From assembly GCF_037042905.1 (NCBI RefSeq), contig NC_087245.1, positions 22,010,001 through 22,074,000 on the forward strand: a DNA stretch of 64,000 nt. The letters are read 5' to 3'. The DNA comes from Lytechinus pictus (lineage: Eukaryota). A program made the translations under genes and the position numbers. Below the pieces are notes generated by a model. That model was not told the origin of the DNA. It worked only from the letters and a program-made list of their open reading frames with translations, and did not search any database. Of the stretch, positions 1 to 13,238 are shown one piece after another (position 1 is the stretch's first letter; each line of letters starts with the position of its first letter).

Positions 1-1860
1 AAAATATGGGGATCCTTTCCCCATATATCACCCAACTTATTCTTTCCTTTGACACCCTTGATCTTAACTAAGACCCTATCTCCTAATTCAATTTTGTTCT
101 CTTTAAACTTCTGATCATATCGTCCCTTGTTCTCAGCTCCTGCTTGATCATTCCTTTCAGATGTAACTTTGTAAGCATAGTCTAACCTAATAATCGGAGT
201 ACTCGCAATATCATCACCCTGTGCATCAAGTCCTAAAAATATAGGGAGGCAGGGATGTCAGCCATACATTAGATAGAAGGGAGAAAACCCAGTCACACTA
301 TGTTTAGTACAATTATAGGCGTGAACTAAAGGAGCTACGTAAGTCTTCCAGTCAGATTTCTTATCTTCAGTCAAGGTGCCTAGCATCGTGCCTAGGGTAC
401 GATTCATCTTTTTGCAACTCCCATTACCCTGTGGGTGATAGATTTCTCAATACCTACTAGCTTACAGAGTTGTTGGATGACATCCGATTCAAAGTTTATG
501 CCCTGATCTGAATGTAGTCGTTCAGGGAATCCGTAATGAACAAGAAAGGGATCAAATAAAATCTTGGCAGTAGTTTGTGCTGTCTGATTCTTTGTGGAAA
601 TAGCTACCGAGTATCGGGTGAAGTGGTTTATTTATTTATTTATTTATTTCACATCTTTATACAGAGTAACCAATTCAGCTATACATGATAAAAACATTAA
701 CAAAGATAAAAAGCTGGTTTACAATTGGGCCCTGTTAATTAAAATACATACAAATTATAATGATAAATATATACAGTACATAATATACAAAATAGACAAG
801 AAATAAATCTTTACAAATCCCTACCCTCTGTGTCATCATCAGATTCATCAAAAACACACAAACACACAGAAGCACCCACACCCACACACACACTCCATCA
901 CATACTATGGCACATTCTGCAGTCGCATCTAGTTTAGCAGTGGTGAGAACATAAGTTAAGGGGTTATTATCAGTTAGTACATGGGTCTCGTTACCATAGA
1001 GAAAATAATGGAATTTCTCAGTCACAGCCCATTCTAAAGCTAAGAACTCTAATTTATGGGCGGAGCAATTTCTTCCACTCTTGTTCAGTGACCGACTCCC
1101 ATAAGCTATCACCCTTTCTTTACCTTTCTCATCTAAAAGGTATGGGGCTGCTCCTAAACCAGTAGTACTTGCATCTGTAAGCAAGATGAAGGGCTTTGAG
1201 AAGTCTGCATATTGCAGGGCAGGGGAACTATTCAATCTACTCTACTCTAATCTAGCTATGCCTTCAGAAGACATTATATGACCTAGATATTTCACACCCG
1301 TCTGGAGCAGTTTGCACTTGCATGCTTTCAGCTTGAATCCATGCTCTGACAAGCATTGGATTACAGATTCCAACCTGGTGACATGTTCTTCTATGGTTTT
1401 ACTATAGATGATAATATCCAAGTAAGGGAAATATTATGTGTTATTATGTTACTCCATCCTAGGTCAGTATCTGATTGGCTAAAGGCTTGTGGATATCCTT
1501 GTAGAATAGTTCTAACCTTATCAATATATTTCTTCTTAGATTTAATCTTGAATACATGATTCCTAAAATGGAGTGTACCGTCTAAATCAGAAAGGGAATT
1601 GTTGCCCAAAATCATGTCTACTCCCACAAGATTGTTTACTACCAAAGCGGAAATTTCAAACTTATGACCCTGAATGAACACATGTAGTTTGATAGCAGAA
1701 AAGGCCGTTAGTAATTGACCGTTTCCGATTTTAAACCTAACTGGTCTTACTTTCTGTTTAGGGTGGCTAGAACGGTAGGAAGATGATTGAACATAATTAG
1801 CGGAGATTATATTCTACTATCAAACAAAATGAACACATTCTTGCCATTTGGTAAGCGACC
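1..1860 (-). mobile_element. Decayed Ty3/Gypsy LTR-retrotransposon pol (protease, RT fragments, RNase H, integrase)
   Basis: Minus-strand translation gives integrase motifs (HFTRYSVA..., [34 protein letters not shown]) at ~1-620 and RNase H (FILLTDASTTGLGA...HKLEFLALEWAVTEKF...LTDNNPL) in ORF 735-1235. An RT C-terminal piece lies at ~1260-1400 and a protease C-terminus (VDMILGN) in ORF 1391-1681. Stops, frameshifts and deletions throughout. An unrelated insert starting with (TTTA)n sits at ~627-910. Confidence 0.92.
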
Positions 1861-1959
1861 TTTCACAAAGTTTCTATCTGTCAACTTTAGTTCTACGTCC
1901 TCGGTTCCTAAATGAGTCGAAGTCAAGTCAATGTCAGGCCTGGTCTGGTCTGATTTTTA

Positions 1960-2940
1960 GATCGGGAAGGAAGACAACGAGCGCTGTTGACTCCTTCCCG
2001 TCCTAAAAATCATGTTGCTGTTGGCCGTAGCCCGTCTGTTGTCTGTAGTAATGTTGTCGCTGTCCATTGTAGTCAGGTCGTGGCTGTGTCTCCATCTCCC
2101 GTCGACATTCCCGCCAGACATGTCCTGGAATGCGACAATAGTCACATGTCAGTCTGGGTCGCTGGTCAGTAAAATCACGGTGATGGCAGTATGGGCTCTT
2201 ACCGCGTCTAGTATCATGATACTGATAGTCACGATACCGCTCACGACTTCGGTCTTGTCGTCATTGGGAAAAACTATGTTCGATACTCTTAAGGTTGCTT
2301 CGTCGTGGTGTCAGAGATCGTCGGTGAGGAGCTCTCCACGGTCTCTGTAATTATTGGTGTGTCGGTCGTTTTCATTGAATTGATCTCCTCCCTGAGAAGA
2401 TCAATTTCTGCTTGGGCAGAAAATGTCAGCTCTTTTGTCTGTGGAGTCGAGTCCTTTCTTAAGTCAAGAAATAGCTGCGCCTTAGCTGCTATTTCATCAG
2501 AAGTTATGTCAGAGGCTGAGGCAGACATCAATATTGTAGCGCAGCATTCATTAGGCAGAGTCAAGCAATCTGTGTTTAATCTGTGCCTCGCCATAATTGA
2601 TGTAAGACGCAGTCTGTCAAAGTCGCTGGAGATACGCCTCTGCGCTCTCCCCATCAGTCATTGTCATTGTGTTAAAGTCCCTCACATGGCTGTATGAAGA
2701 CTTAGCTGGGCTAAACCTCCTTACAAACCCGTCTTTCATGTCGTCATATGAATTAAAAGTCAGTCCGTCTATCCATCAGTCCGTCTGTGCGGTCAAGTCT
2801 TCCCTATCTAGCCGATCGCCAGAAAAACGGGATGGAAGAAAGTCTGTCTGTCGAAGTGTATGTCGTGGCATATTCGATGTCGATGTTGTGGTCATATTAA
2901 TGGTCAAATTATTACTGTTCAATAATTGGTAGGCAATGTT
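1960..2940 (-). mobile_element. Decayed Gypsy gag (element A)
   Basis: Frameshifted minus-strand capsid-like peptide (FLPSRFSG...WIDGLTFNSYDDMKDGFVRRF...GESAEAYLQRLRQTA) followed by an Arg/Asp/Ser-rich tail. It lies between a putative LTR/PBS and the protease. Confidence 0.7.
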
Positions 2941-3037
2941 CAGCCAAATATTAATCTAGAACTTTAAGAGGGGAAATCTACTCCTACACTGTTTAATACT
3001 AATATAGGTGGAAATGAAATTCCAGGATAAGGAATTA

Positions 3038-3466
3038 AATCTAATACCATGTAATTGTCTAAATCAATAGATAAACAATAGATACAAAGGAATGCTAAAT
3101 ATCATCTCTCACTCATGGGACGGAACAATGAAAAGTGCTGTGTTATATATGGTTGTAGTCTGCTGAAGTCATCGTAGCTGTTTGTCGAGGTCCTTCTGTC
3201 ATCTGTCGTCTGTGTCTTATCTGTTTTTGGCTGGAACTTTTAGCATCATCAAGTAGTTTGGCTGAAGATAGTTCATTGTCACTGTAGGTTTGGAGGTTCC
3301 TAAATTTTGTCGTCCAGTGAGCTGGGCAAATGTTATACTGTTGTGTTGTCGTCGCTGACTCTGGTCCAAAGCTTTCTGTCTTTCCTCCTATTTCATTATT
3401 AACTTTTTTCTTTTTTTTCAAAGATTTTGAAGAACATATATGTGATAAGTCCTCTACATCAATACA
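3038..3466 (-). mobile_element. Putative 5' LTR (3050-3466) and Met-tRNA-like primer-binding site (3038-3049) of element A
   Basis: Segment bounded by TGTAAT...AATACA (inverted TG..CA termini). On the minus strand it is followed directly by TGGTATTAGA, resembling the tRNAiMet PBS TGGTATCAGA. It interrupts element B's protease just after ...VPLCVGTNGSDT. Confidence 0.55.
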
Positions 3467-6400
3467 TGTATCACTGCCATTGGTCCCTACACACAAAGGC
3501 ACTTTCCTATTATATGACATATCTCACACTACTAATACAGGTACATCAATTTCTGGGGAGGAGGGGAGAGAACCGGGACAAAGAATAGATAAATCTACAT
3601 AATGTAAGGATGTGACAGGTAAGCCGTTGGCTCCCTCAGTCTACTTTGATCATTTCATCGATACTATGCATGGAATTTTGGGGGAGAGGAGACTTATAGT
3701 ACGATTGAGAGATTTTAGTTCTAACTACAATCAATCAAACATTTACAATCATTACCATTTACCCTAGCTACAGATTTGGTTGCCCTACCTATCATCTTAT
3801 TCAGTACTCTATTGGAAGTGGGGCTCGTATGCTTGGCCTTTTGAGAGGAAGTTAGACCTACTGCCCGCCCTTTGGCAGAGGTCTTCGTTCGTTTTTTCTC
3901 CCTTCGGATTGTTGTATTGAGGAGAGATATTTGAGGAAGAAGAGTGTGTAGGAGGAGGAGGATGAGACGGAAAGTGAGCAGGAGGAGGAATACGACACTC
4001 TCGAGCAATGTGTCCCGGTTGACCACAATTATAACATGGTCCCCTCGGGAGAGGGCGGTATGGTCTACTATTACTATTATCATTGTTAGGCCTACCACTA
4101 ACATTATTTAGAGCTACAACTGTTGATTTCCATCTCTTTTAGCTTGTTTTTAACTTCCTTTTAACAATGCCCTTCCGTTCTACCCTATCAATGGCCAGCT
4201 AGAGGCGCGTGCTGTACGCAGGGATTGATTCATCCAACCCTTGCCTAGCAGAGAAGAGTTGCTGCTGCAATACAGCCCCCGACTCCACGGTTCCATAAAA
4301 GCCTTCCACTTTTTCAAGGATATATCCCCATGTTCAAGACAAGCTGGCCTGCTTCTCCTCTCAGTGATCTTCTAACTAACCTTACTAGCGATTGCGCTCC
4401 ACAATTCTTGTCCAATTGCAGACATTTAATTTCATGTTTCCACATTTCGAAGGGTACTTCCCCACCTTTGGGTTTGGGCTCACCCGAGAACAGGACAGCT
4501 CAAGTGGCGTTTGAATAATGGTCTGAGTTTTGGTTGTATTATCTGGAAGGGATTCGGATTTGATGCTGAATACAAGATTAGATTTGGGGATTTCTTGTAC
4601 TTCAATGGAGTTGCCATCTAGGCTCTTTTTGTTTAGTTCTTCTATTGGTCTAGCAGCTTCACTACAGTTCCTAAATGTGCAGTTTGCATTACCAGTCAAT
4701 TCACCAGTTAAGAAGTCAGTCCTGAACTAGATGTGGGAAATGTCCCCTACCGTTTCTAAAAATTCCCTTAGACTATCTTCGGTGGTGGTGGGACTTACAT
4801 GTAATCACCTATTAAACTAAAACAACACAATCTCCCTTTACTGATGCCATATTTGAAATATAACAGTCAATACACTAATAAGGAGGAGAAGGAAAATGAG
4901 AAGGATGAGATGGAAAGTGAGCAGGAGGAGGAATACGACACTCTCAAGCGATTGTCCAGGTTGACCACAATTTTAACACAGTCCCCTTGGGCGAGGGCAA
5001 TATGGTCTTCTATTACTATTATCATTGTCATGCCTACCACTAACATTAGAGCTACAACTGTCAATTTCCACCTCTTTAAGCTTGTATTGAACTTCTCTAA
5101 GTTCTTTGACTAAGTCTACATCTGCATCTACAGTCTGTGCATTGGAACCACCTACTCTTTGACGGGAGCGCTGTGAAGGGGCATGGAATTTCCGAAATTC
5201 TCTGTTCTCTTGTTCCTGCTGGCAAGCAATACGAACTAATTCGTCAAAGAATGTCATTACTTCGTATTTATGTCGGATAGCCTGCTTTAGGGACTCGTCT
5301 GACATACCCCTCTAAATGACAAGTCGAAGGGTTTCATCCTTTGCGGTTGGGGCAATGCCCTTCCGTTGTACCCTATCAATGGCCAGCTAGAGGCGCGTGC
5401 TGTACGCAGGGATTGATTCATCCAGCCCTTGCCTAGCAGAGCAGAGTTGCTGCTGCAATACAGCCCCCGACTCCACGGTTCCATAAAAGCCTTCCACTTT
5501 TTCAAGGATATATCCCCATGTTCAAGACGAGTTGGCCTGCTTCTCTTCTCAGTGACCTTCTAACTAACTTTACTAGCGATTGCGCTCCACAATTCTTGTC
5601 CAATTGCAGACATTTAATTTCATGTTTCCACATTTCGAAGGGTACTTCCCCACCTTTGGGTTTGGGCTCACCCGAGAACAGGGACAACTCAAGTGGCGTT
5701 TGAATAATGGTCTGAGTTTTGGTTGTATTATCTGGAAGGGATTCTGATTTGATGCTGAATACAAGATTAGATGTGGGGAGTTCCATTTCTTCAATGGAGT
5801 TGCCATCAAGGCTCTTTTTGTTTAGTTCTTCTATTGCTTTAGCAGCTTCACTACAGTGCCTAAATGTGCAGTGTGCATTACCAGTCAATTCACCCGTTAA
5901 GAAGTCAGTCCTGAACTAGATGTGGGAAATGTCCCCTACCGTTTCTAAAAATTCCCTTAGACTATCTTCGGTGGTGGTGGGACTTACATGTAATCACCTA
6001 TTAAACTAAAACAACACAATCTCCCTTTACTGATGCCATATTTGAAATATAACAGTCAATACACTAATAAGGAGGAGAAGGAAAATGAGAAGGATGAGAT
6101 GGAAAGTGAGCAGGAGGAGGAATACGACACTCTCAAGCGATTGTCCAGGTTGACCACAATTTTAACACAGTCCCCTTGGGCGAGGGCGATATGGTCTTCT
6201 ATTACTATTATCATTGTCATGCCTACCACTAACATTAGAGCTACAACTGTTGATTTTCATCTCTTTTAGCTTGTATTGAACTTCTCTAAGTTCTTTGACT
6301 AAGTCTACATCTGCATCTACAGTCTGTGCATTGGAACCACCTACTCTTTGACGGGAGCGCTGTGAGGGGCATGGAATTTCTGAAATTCTCTGTTCTCTTG

Positions 6401-7702
6401 TTCCTGCTGGCAAGCAGTACGAACTAATTCGTCAAAGAATGTAATTACTTCGTATTTATGTCGGATAGCCTGCTTTAGGGACTCGTCTGACATACCCTTC
6501 TAAATGACAAGTCGAGGGGTTTCATCCTTTGCGGTTGGGGTAATACCCTTCCATTGTTCTACCCTATCAATGGCCAGCTGGAGGCGCATGCTGTAAGCAG
6601 TGATTGATTCATCCAACCCTTGCCTAACAGAGTAGAGTCGCTGCAGCAATACAGCCCCCGACTCCACGGTTCCATAAAAGCTTTCCACTTTGTCAAGGAT
6701 TTGTGCGATAGAGGAATCTATCCCCATATTCAAGACAAGTTGGCCTGCTTCTCTTCTCAGTGACCTTCTAACTAACCTTACTAGCGACTGCGCACCACAG
6801 TTCTCGTCCAATTGCAGATGTCTAATTTCATGTTTCCATATTTCGAAGGGCACTTCCTTACCTCTGGGTTTGAGCTCACCCGAGAACAGGGACAACTTAA
6901 ATGGCATTTGAATAATGGTCTGAGTTTTGGTTGTATTATCTGGAAGGGATTCTGATTTGATGCTGAATACAAGATTAGATGTGGGGAGTTCCATTTCTTC
7001 AATGGAGTTGCCATCAAGGCTCTTTTTGTTTAGTTCTTCTATTGCTTTAGCAGCTTCACTACAGTGCCTAAATGTGCAGTGTGCATTACCAGTCAATTCA
7101 CCCGTTAAGGAGTCCCTCCCGAACTGGATATGGAAAGTGTCCCCTACCGTTTCTAAAGATCCCTGAGACTATCTTCAGTGGTTGTGGGACTTACATGTAA
7201 TTGCCTTACTAAAACAACTCAATCTCCCTTTACTGATGCCATATTTGAATTATAACAGTCAATACACTAATATCAAAAGTTGAAGGGAAGAGACAGAGAG
7301 AGGGGCAGAGCAACTTGTAAACCTTCTTGCAAGCACAAAATAGAGTCTTGAAATTAGGTAAACAGGACAATCTGATAATTCAAGGTATAGGGAGGGGGAA
7401 AATGTCAGTCAAATCAAGTACCTAAAGCATCATACACTCAATCAACTCATTCATTAATTCACTGAACACTGATGGAATCAGATATCATTCCTTCCCCAAA
7501 AATCAGAACAGAAAGCACAACAAAAGCAAGTAGAGCATCATGCTGATAACGCGAGGGTCATGAGTTCCGTCTAACCCCTACACACCTGTCCCTCACTGGA
7601 AATGCAGTGAGTTCGGGATACCGAGAAGGAACCAGGATTTAGGTCTGTTAGCGCTGAGTTCCAACTCGGATGAGGGGCTAGTTCAATGACCACCAAATGA
7701 CA
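3467..7702 (-). mobile_element. Gypsy element B: PBS/5' leader, triplicated gag (RRM + PNMA-like capsid + CCHC knuckle) and protease, all disrupted
   Basis: LTR end/PBS-like TGTCA-TT-TGGTGG at ~7690-7702. Gag has an RRM (GELTGNAHCTF...AAKAIEELNKKSLDGNSI), a PNMA-type capsid (LSLFSGEPKPKGGEVPFEMWKHEI...RRSLRREA) and a zinc knuckle (GPCYNCGQPGHIARECR, ~3990-4040). Protease motifs: VNGNDCKCLID and VPLCVGTN. Three head-to-tail gag copies with ~1.2 kb period. Confidence 0.88.
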
Positions 7703-8619
7703 ATATGTATTTCAAATTATAAAGAAATGCAACAAACATAAGCGCTGGAACACAATAGAAATAAGGTGTCATATACGTTTAATTAATTCTCTGACCTCAA
7801 AACTGTCACGGAATCAAACAAAACTTATAACAACGAATAACTATTATATTTCTTCTATCTTCACACTGTATATATGATAAGACATATTATCCAAACCTAA
7901 CTAAAATGAACGTTCAAATAACTTATTTACCAGGGAATGTTTGGGAGATGGGGAGGAGAGGAATTAGTAAATGGAGAAAATGTTTGTAAAAATTAAGTGG
8001 CCACTTACATATGCAATCGCAAGTTTATTAAACAGTTCAGTTGCTGACAGGGACTTTCCTGATTGGGGCGATGACAAGAACAGGGACGATTCAATGACGA
8101 CTTGAACGATGATGGCAATGACGAGGACTAGATCAAGGAGGTGATGACAAGGACTGGATCGATAAGGTGACGACAAGAGCGGGAACAATGGGGCGACGAC
8201 GACAGGAGCAGTGAAGGACGAGGACTGGAGTTTAATTGATGAAGACGTTGGCGCAAACTTGGAAGAACTCAATAGGTTATAGCAAAAGGAATGAAGGTTT
8301 CCAGTTGCCAACAGTCTGAAATACTTGAAATATACTTTTCTTTGTTGCAGTCCACTTTATGTTGCAAAAAAATAATATTCAGTCGGCCTGACAAATTTCT
8401 TCGTTCAAGTATTTTTAGTAGTTACATTTGATGATGATGACGATGATGGGTGAAGGTGCAGGGTGGGTGGCCAGATCGGGGTCCAAGAGAGGGGCATCAA
8501 AGAGGGGGTAGTAAAGGGGGTCGCCAAGTGAGAGGTCCAGATAGGGGTGTCCAAGTGAGGAAAACTAGCTTGGGGTAATCTTTCATACCTATTTACATAT
8601 TCACTTAAGGACGTAGAAG

Positions 8620-9330
8620 ATGCAATATTGGTATTTTTGCACCGTTTATATGACCACTTAGATAATATGAAAGCATACACTCGACCATTATTTATAGATT
8701 TTTCTAGTGCATTCAGCACTCATACCACATTTTCTTACGAGAAAATTGATCAGTTTGAACATGCACCCACAATTTATAATGACAGTACAAGACTTCTTGT
8801 TGTGCAGAGGACAGCAGTCCATTAAACACATGACTGTGTCTGTACAGTTAACAATTGTGTAATGATGAAATAAACGGAAAACACAGTCATAATGGGGTAT
8901 ATCCGATGGAATGATAATGCCGACTCTTTTCAACTATTCAACGGTTCATTCATTGGTGTGATAACCACCATTTACAACTTAATGTAGCCAAAAGGAAAGA
9001 AATGGTGATAGATTTTCATATGAACACCCAGGTAGATCACATGCCCCTTTGTATCAAGGACACTGCCGTCAAGCAAGTTAGTGAGTATAAGTACCTTGGC
9101 ACTACCTTAAAGTTAGACTGGTCAAGTAATGTTAGTGTTATACAGTCAATGTAATCAAAGGCTCTTTTTCCTCAGACAACTAAGGAAAATACATATAGAT
9201 AGCACTCTCCTTGTCTTGTTTTACAAGTCAATTGTTCAGTCAATCTTAATATTTAATTTCATTTGTTTCTTTGGTGATTTGACATCTGCTAGCAAGAAGA
9301 GACTAGAAAGGGGGCATAGTTTCTGAACAA
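8620..9330 (+). mobile_element. Degraded non-LTR retrotransposon RT (L2/Rex1-like)
   Basis: Peptides HLDNMKAYTRPLFIDFSSAFST, KEMVIDF, VSEYKYLGT and QRLFFLRQLRK...LVLFYKSIVQSIL, with frameshifts and deletions. Confidence 0.8.
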
Positions 9331-9826
9331 TCTTTAGTTTTGTGTAAAAACAATGCAAGATAAAAAGAAGATGGACAGCCCCTAACAATTATTTCACACA
9401 CCATAAGAAACTGTTCATAACAAGAGAGGGCATCTGTGTCTGTATCATGGACACAGTCCATGTCTACTTTCTTTTCTGCAGTCTATTTTTAAAACCCTAC
9501 ATTTAGGTAGTTGTACAATCACTTTGAAACATACTTGTATAACCATGATACATGATGATTTGTTGGGTTAAAATATCACAAGACCCGCTAGGAGTCTAGA
9601 ATTCAGGATAGTTGAGAACTTCCTTAACCCAAAATACATGACGTTCATGAGTTTGGTTAAATTTGTGCAGTGCACTATCATTTTAATACATCCTCTCTAG
9701 TATCCTCTCGAGTCTCCAGCTGGCGCCATTCTTCCATTTGTCACTAAACTCACTATAAATACAGAAATTGCATCGCATTGTGTCATTCAACACTTTACGA
9801 AAAGAATATCCATTATCTTCCCTTAG

Positions 9827-10006
9827 GTATGGGCCAAGGCAACTCAAAAGCTCGTCTCTTCAATACACCCATCAGCCAAGCACCTTCTAATAAATGGCGC
9901 AGACCATCGTATGTTATATCGCAATCCAAACGCAGTGGTAGAGCCCATCAAGAAACTTGTCAGACACTGGAGGCAACGACAAGCCAAATCTACCAAGGGT
10001 GGATGA
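9827..10006 (+). CDS. Terminal coding exon of an alpha/beta-hydrolase-fold protein (upstream exons presumably outside the window)
   Basis: Acceptor ttatcttcccttag|GTA. Phase-0 translation VWAKATQKLVSSIHPSAKHLLINGADHRMLYRNPNAVVEPIKKLVRHWRQRQAKSTKGG* fits the hydrolase C-terminal pattern: beta strand, GADH catalytic His, P, final helix. Not in the ORF track. Confidence 0.75.
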   Translation, partial: VWAKATQKLVSSIHPSAKHLLINGADHRMLYRNPNAVVEPIKKLVRHWRQRQAKSTKGG

Positions 10007-10919
10007 CCCTAACTTCATAGCTGCTTGTGGGTGATTCCATCAAGTTGGTGACCAATTTGTGTGATTCTTACTTTGTCCCTGAAACATAAACTAACTAGGT
10101 GCCCCCTGATCTGTTTGAAATGATTTCCCAAAATGGAAAATAGAGATTTTCTTCTTTATTGGGGGGGTGTTTTTGAAGAATAACATTCCGTTATATTTCT
10201 TTAGTATATCAAACAGTGGAAATCGCCTCAGGTTCATGAGCAACAACCCCCAAAATCACACAAGCTGGGCCACCAATTTATGAAATCACTCATACTCTTT
10301 GATAGGTTTTGTAGTTAGTTATTGTAGGTAGTTAGACTGTATTTGGATAAGATATCAGGCAGCTATTTCATAAAGGGATCAATATATAGTACAAATGACT
10401 GGAACATGATTCTTTTACTATTGAACTCGGGTTCTAGATCCTTTTTTATCACATTAGCTCAAGCTGAAAACTGATCTTTCGTTATTGAAATTAAGCAATA
10501 GTTGTCCAAATTTATAGGGGTTACATAAAACTTAAAGTCCACTTTGTTAAAAGAAATATAGGAAGAATTTTTGATTATGTAGAATAGAACATAAACCAGT
10601 TGATTGTAAAGTGTGTGAGCTTTCAAACAGCTACTAGTGTATTGGACAGCCCCTTAAGCCATGTATTACAAAGCTTAGTGTTTGATTATAGGGCTGAGTT
10701 TTATGATTGATTACATTTATCATTGTGCACAATCAAGCGTACAAATCAACTATATGATCAATCACTAAGCTCCTTGTTACAGCCCCCCGTCTAGGATATG
10801 CACTGGGATATCTTGCATCACTTCTGTATGCCTGCCCACCAAAGAGAGGGGCAGTCACATAACTCATCGCTCTCATTGCAACACTCATGTTTCAATACTG
10901 TATACAACTAGGGTTGTAA

Positions 10920-11058
10920 GATATTTATTTTTCTCCAACAATACCTTCAAGAGTAACACATGCAACTGCTGTGTGAAGTCTGCCTGTGAAAAAAATTCAC
11001 ACAGCAGTTGCATGTGATACCCTTGTGGTACAGTATTGTTTGAGAAAAATGAATATAT
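10920..11058. repeat. Long imperfect palindrome (MITE relic)
   Basis: The arm atatttatttttctc.aacaatac...cacatgcaactgctgtgtgaa pairs with ttcacacagcagttgcatgtg...gtattgtt.gagaaaaat.aatat. Confidence 0.7.
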
Positions 11059-11192
11059 TATTTCTTGTCCTTATCACCCAACAAATTAATTATTCCCTTA
11101 ACAAGGGTTGTGTTTCACATAGCTGATCGTGATTTATGCATGGCCTTACCATGGAGCTATTAAACATAGCTCCATGGCCTTACGATCATCTG

Positions 11193-11372
11193 GTACGCGT
11201 TTCATAAAGCTGTTCGTCAGTTAAGAGCGACTTAAAGAACGACTGGTGATCCTTTCTTACACGCTAAATTATCACCAATGAACATTTACTTGTGAATATC
11301 ATTTACCATTACAAAAGATCACCAGTTCTTAAAGTCACTTTTAACTTATGAACAGCTTTATGAAACAGCCCC
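11193..11372. mobile_element. MITE (Harbinger-like, CWG flanks)
   Basis: Long TIRs gtttcataaagctgttc...ctggtgatc / gatcaccag...gaacagctttatgaaac, flanked by CTG and CAG. Confidence 0.7.
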
Positions 11373-12951
11373 CAGGTGACATTTTCTTGTGCTAACTCTG
11401 ATTCTCAATAATATTTATTTTCATCAGTTATTTAAAAAATGTGCATTTTTTAAATTGTAAAACAAGGACATGAATGAAAAATGTGCTATTGATCAAGATT
11501 ACAGAAAGTTCAGGACCATAAAACTGGAAATTTTGGAAGACTCATTCTCACAAGAAATGGCTCCTGGGTAACAGCACATGTTGTGTAGCAGTCGTGAATT
11601 TAGGGCAAGGTTCAGATTGATTGACACCACCCATCCACTGCAAAATGTCAATGATCAATGCAAAGTGGCGAAAGTACCTTCCAAGTGGTATAGATGTAGA
11701 TTCTTTCTTGCCCACTCACTTTGAGATAGTGTACCAGTGATTAAGTCATGATATTTTCAGATTGCATGAGCAGAGGGAAAGGGATGAGTTTCAGCCATTT
11801 TTGTATGGATAGAACAGGGACTAAAATAGTTTCATTTTTCTATAGATTGATTTTAGAGTACATTTTGATAATTATTTTACACATGACATTCCATTGCCTG
11901 CTGTATATTTATACAATAAGATCATAACTAATTTGTTATGAAGAATAGTACTGCTGATCTGTAATTGGTTAGTCATAGTGGTGTCATATTGACCAACTTA
12001 AATGCTTAATAAGTGTTACAAATTATCTGATATTCCAATCATGATTGAAGTAAAACTTCCATGTATTTCTGAGTGCATAAACTTTGACATCTGTCAGGGG
12101 GGGTTGACCCTAACCTGTCTTTGGATGTGATTCCACAGCTATTCTTACATTCTCTTGAGCAAACAGAGCTCTTGATATTCCACTGGAGACACATTTGCTC
12201 TTGTGATATATGCTCTGGTCTTAATATCTCAGAGGGCATAGGGTTAGAGTTAGGATTGTAGATGTTTTTTGTTCAGAATAATGTAGAGTAAGGTTAGGGT
12301 CTTATTTCATTTTTTAGTTTTGGGTTTTGTGTTTGGCTTAACATGCCGATTTTTCATCCAAGCAATTGTCACCAGAGCAGATGTTTTAGAATCGTTCCAC
12401 TTGCCAAGGGAAAAAATTATCTTTTATTTATTTAATATATAACATGAGACGAGTTTATATCATTTTTATGCTTCTGATCAGTTCAAACCAAGAAACTCAC
12501 AAACTATGTTTAGGGTCTTTCAAAACAGGAATTGCCTTTAAACTACAGGAGAGGCTTAAGATTAATTTTCCTGCTTGATTGATTTATAGAATTTAGAGAA
12601 GTTTTTATTGAATCAATTTAAATTTGAAATCGCTTCTCTTTTCTTATTGGAACCTGATGTTTTTATTCAGTGTTATTGTGTATAAGAAAATAAAGGATGT
12701 CATAGAAATAATCCCTTTTTGTCATGTGCCTCAGGGATTCTATGTTGGGAAAAGTGTTTTCAATAAAGAAATCATGTTTTTAATGATAAAATTGTAAGTG
12801 AACCAATGTACTTTGTTTAATAACATTTTGTGGTGCAAGGTAGTTCTTAGAATGACAGAAAACTAAAACCATATGGATTTGAAGAAAAAATAAGAAACGT
12901 GAGAATATAGGGAATGTTTCGCAGTCTTAGGCTGATATAACATGGACAATA

Positions 12952-13238
12952 CAGTGCATCCCAGAAAAAAGAAAACTTGGATTCCCATGTCTATTTTCTT
13001 CAAAGATATTTCATTTACATTTTCATAAAATTCAGTTATTCCTCTATATTTTGATACCTAATACAAGATGAACACTTCACGCACCACCAAGCAAGACAAG
13101 TTTTAAATTTTAATGTCTAAATCAGGTTGTGCAAAAAAAATGGATAAGATTGGTTAATGGTACGACGACCCTATCAAATTCACAATAGTAGTGAAATCTA
13201 TATCTGAAAACGGGTTTCGTTTTTGTGGGATACACTTG
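12952..13238. mobile_element. Tc1/mariner-like MITE
   Basis: The left end (TA)CAGTGCATCCCAGAAAAAAGAAA pairs with TTTCGTTTTTGTGGGATACACTTG. Confidence 0.6.

Noticed and set aside
3141-3519. LTR bounded by TGTTATATA...TATATGACA
   Set aside because: 3467-3519 still encodes element B's protease (YNRKVPLCVGTN) and no PBS adjoins 3141; 3050-3466 fits better.
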